From the NCBI GenBank assembly GCA_001724245.1, contig MEDX01000038.1:1-36411 (forward strand): a stretch of DNA of 36,411 nt, given 5' to 3'. The first letter of the stretch is position 1; each line of letters opens with the position of its first letter. The notes beneath the pieces were generated by a model. That model saw only the letters and a list, made by a program, of their open reading frames with translations, ran no database searches and had not been told where the DNA came from. The translations under genes were made by a program, and so were the position numbers. Positions 33,668-36,411 of this stretch are shown piece after piece. This DNA comes from Fonticula-like sp. SCN 57-25. Its lineage: Eukaryota.

Positions 33668-34170
33668 GTGCTGTGCTACGCCGTTGCGCCAGCCCAGGCA
33701 CACTTCTCGCACCATGAGATTGCACGGCTGGAGCACATCATGGCAGACCCCGACAACGCGGTGGTCCACTACCGGCTGCAGGATCGCTGCACCCGCTCGC
33801 AGCTGGACGACCCGGCCTACGTGGCGGACCCCTTTGCCGTGGGTCGGCGGGGGTTCCCGGCGAGCCCGGCCTCATTGAGACCTTTTTCAATGACCAGACA
33901 CTCGTCTACGAGAACGACTGGCCCACGGTCGCGGAGGTGCGGAACACGGACCCCAACCTCCACCCCCATGCCCGCAGCGGGGAGGCGCTTAAAGCGCAGT
34001 GGACGAAGTTAAAGGGCAGCTTTTCGGTTGTCTACAACCGCTTCTCTGCGTCGGGGAAGAGCAACCCCGACAACTTTATGCAGTTTACGAATGGGGATGC
34101 GAAGCTCTATTATATGTTTTTGGCGTTTAGGGAGTCCCCTAGCCTCGAAGCCATCCTGCGCACCAGGCGC
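33668..34170 (+). pseudogene. Disrupted Myb/SANT-like ORF of the kind often associated with PIF/Harbinger-type transposons
   Basis: RLEHIMADPD...TRSQLDD in one frame continues in another frame as LIETFFND...DPNLHPH...LKAQWTKLKGSFSVVYNRFSASGKSNPDNFMQFTNGDAKLYYMF. The frame change is near 33840-33864 and there is no clear start. Family assignment is from recalled pattern only. Confidence 0.45.
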
Positions 34171-34754
34171 AGCGAGACGAAGGTACGCGTGCGAGTGCCT
34201 ATCAAGCCGGCGTTCGATGCACTCGTTTCCAATGTGACCCCACTCGTGCCGGCTGGTCCGAAGGAGCTTGTTGTTAACTTCGGGTCTCGGCAGCGCTGCG
34301 GTACTTTGCTGGTGGGTCCTGTTTTAACATTGCTCTCTGCCACGGCATTCACCGGTCCACCTTCTCGTCGTTGAAGTCATTGACACAGTTAACGCACCAC
34401 TAGTCACGCCACCGTACGCTCCGAATTATTCGCTTCTTGTGCCTTCATCGGCATGAAATGGCGTACGCAGTGCAGCTGCCGCGTAACCTCGCTACGCGCA
34501 GTCTGCGGCACGACGCGAGATGAGCATGGCGAGCTGGCGGCGAGCAAAAGGCAAAAAGCGACTGGCAGGCAGGTGGCAGCAGGCAGTTTCGAATTTTGTC
34601 CTTATGGACCAATCATGGAGTTTCAGATTCGTTGTTTTTGTTTCGGATTTGACGTAGCACAACATTCCGCTCCATTCCGTTTCGCCTTGCACTCTGCGAG
34701 CTGTTGACGAACGCTCAGGAGCAGGCGAAAGAGCCGCAATAACAGCATGATGAC

Positions 34755-35408
34755 CTAGAGCAATTCAGGAGCAGGTATTTGGTCTACCGATATTTTACCT
34801 TTATTCATCGCCGTTGATGAACGCCGCTTTACCCCGAGACGCGTAGTGCAGTAACCATCAATTCGCTGATGTGAGCGCTGGGGGTGCAACGTTCTTCGCC
34901 GATCTTGACGGGACGACGACGTTGCCTGCGCGAGCTCCAAGCCCATGGCGATTGCGAGGAGGTCGCCGAGGTCAGGCTCCTTCTGGGCAGCAGCCGGCTG
35001 GGCCAGGAACGGCTTGATCGCCGGTAAGAGGCCCCGAAGCCAGAAGCTGGTCAGCTCGGGGGTTTTGACGTCTTCCGCGCGAGACGCGAGTTCTCGCAGG
35101 GCGGCCGTGTAGGTGCCGACACTCTCGGACGGGCCCTGTTCTCGGTGCGTAAGCTGCTGACGGGCGGCGGCGCTGCTGACGCCGAACTGCTGTCGCAGCA
35201 CATCGAAAATCTTCTCAGCCGTCACCTCCGACTTGAGGTGGGCAATCGCCATGAGTGCTTGACCCTCGAGGTACGTCGGGACCCGTAGGACTTCTTCTTC
35301 TGCCGTCCATTTCATGGCGAGGGAGAAGCGCGTCATGGAGTTGATCCATGCGCTCACCTCGCCCTTTCCGTCAAAGGGGTGAGGCGTCCTGATGCCGGTG
35401 TCGGTCAT
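34755..35408 (-). mobile_element. Ty3/gypsy-type retrotransposon Gag (capsid domain), with no pol downstream
   Basis: PFDGKGEVSAWI, YLEGQA, LRQQFG, major-homology-region-like QGPSESVGTYTAALRELA and FWLRGL. Confidence 0.8.
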
Positions 35409-35529
35409 CTTAGTTTCCGCGATGGGAGATGATCGAGGGGGTGAGGGTTCGGCCGAGCTTGAGTCGGCTAGGGCGTTCTGGAACCGGGTGGGATACCGGT
35501 GTGCTTGTGCCAGGGCGCTGGAGTCGCAG

Positions 35530-35545
35530 CGTGGTCGCCACTTGT
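35530..35545 (-). mobile_element. LTR 3' end and tRNA primer-binding site of the Gag element
   Basis: The minus strand reads ...CTTACA-AG-TGGCGACCACG: an LTR end (ACA at 35545-35543), a 2-nt spacer, and a PBS complementary to a tRNA ending CGTGGTCGCCA (tRNA-Arg-like, from memory). It lies about 120 nt upstream of the Gag ATG. Confidence 0.7.
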
Positions 35546-36080
35546 AAGCTGGGATGCTTAGTTAGAGCCGCTGGTGCTCTCTTCAATAATCACTGTGCGG
35601 TCGTGGACCGAGCGAGGTGAATTAAAGGACAATATATTCTTGCGCCCGTGGTAGGTACAAACGCGGGAATGGGATTGTGACAGCGTGTTCAATGCGTGTA
35701 TTTTGCAATAAAGAGAATCACACAAAATATCAGTGACACATGGCAAATTCTATACTGTTTCTACGAAAGGCTCGACCAGTCGGAGATAAGCTTTGAGACG
35801 TGAGCGTTGTCCTATCATACGGGTGCGGGCACCCAGCCAGTCAGCTTTAATAGATGTTATTGTGAACGTCTGATAAGGGCAGCACGTCTGTCCGCGTCGG
35901 CGGATCGGCGGCCGTGTTGACTCGTTCAAGGGGTGTCGTCTGGACCGAAATGGTTGACCATCAAGGTGTTTTTTGATTGTTCGCGTGTACGGTTGCTGCT
36001 ATCTACGCGCGTACGTAGAGCGATAGGTATGGGTGCGTTCGAGAGCTCAGACCTAGACGAGTCGAACGATATTTATTACA
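35543..36080 (-). repeat. Putative 5' LTR (distal boundary uncertain)
   Basis: Begins TGTAA at 35543 next to the PBS. The matching inverted TTACA ends at 36080. There is no second LTR in the window to confirm its length. Confidence 0.35.
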
Positions 36081-36411
36081 CAGTAAAGAGTTGCGGGTGG
36101 GAATCGGGGACGCGGTAGGTGTGTTTTCTGTCAGGAATACGGGTGCTTATGTGAAGGGGACTCGCCCGTTCACCATCTTTCAATATCATTCCATAAACCT
36201 TTCTCTCTATTACGTGATTCTCCATGAAATGTGTTGCACGTGTGTTTTTCCCCTTCTTCTTGTTCTTCTTTTACTCTTAGTGCGCTATACTCAATCAAAA
36301 AAATAATATAACTGTGACGATTGTACTTTGTGCATTGCTTTAGGTACGTCACATAGTCTCTGTGTACTCACATCGTGTGGCATCAGATGTGCAACGCATC
36401 ACAACCACCAT

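Noticed and set aside
35760-36411. Coding gene or structured RNA at the right end
   Set aside because: Only short, featureless ORFs are present, and no tRNA/rRNA/snRNA signature was recognised.

Overview
Gene-dense eukaryotic DNA with very short GT-AG introns (about 43-65 nt). It is most likely from a unicellular opisthokont. A fungal-type URA2/CAD with a dead dihydroorotase domain occurs together with a MyTH4-FERM myosin, which suggests a nucleariid-like holomycotan (inference). The GC-rich core (about 4.2-33.4 kb) holds RIF1, NOL6/UTP22, a cytosolic MDH-like protein that has lost its catalytic His and substrate-loop Arg residues, a secreted Cys-rich/root-cap(VWD)-like protein, a KIN1/MARK kinase, an ALDH10-type aldehyde dehydrogenase, an SLC35F5-like transporter, the myosin, GID4 and URA2. 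The left end (1-4.1 kb, lower GC, CACGTG-rich) carries two tandem paralogs of an unusual WD40-coiled coil-SAM-SAM gene, in which most propeller repeats sit on their own phase-0 exon. This is the best candidate for an undescribed sensor/polymerising signalling system, possibly immune-like. The right end (33.6-36.4 kb) holds mobile-element remnants: a disrupted Myb/SANT-like ORF and a Ty3/gypsy Gag with an LTR end and primer-binding site. Exon boundaries were derived by hand and checked for frame. Family assignments come from recognised motifs, not database searches.
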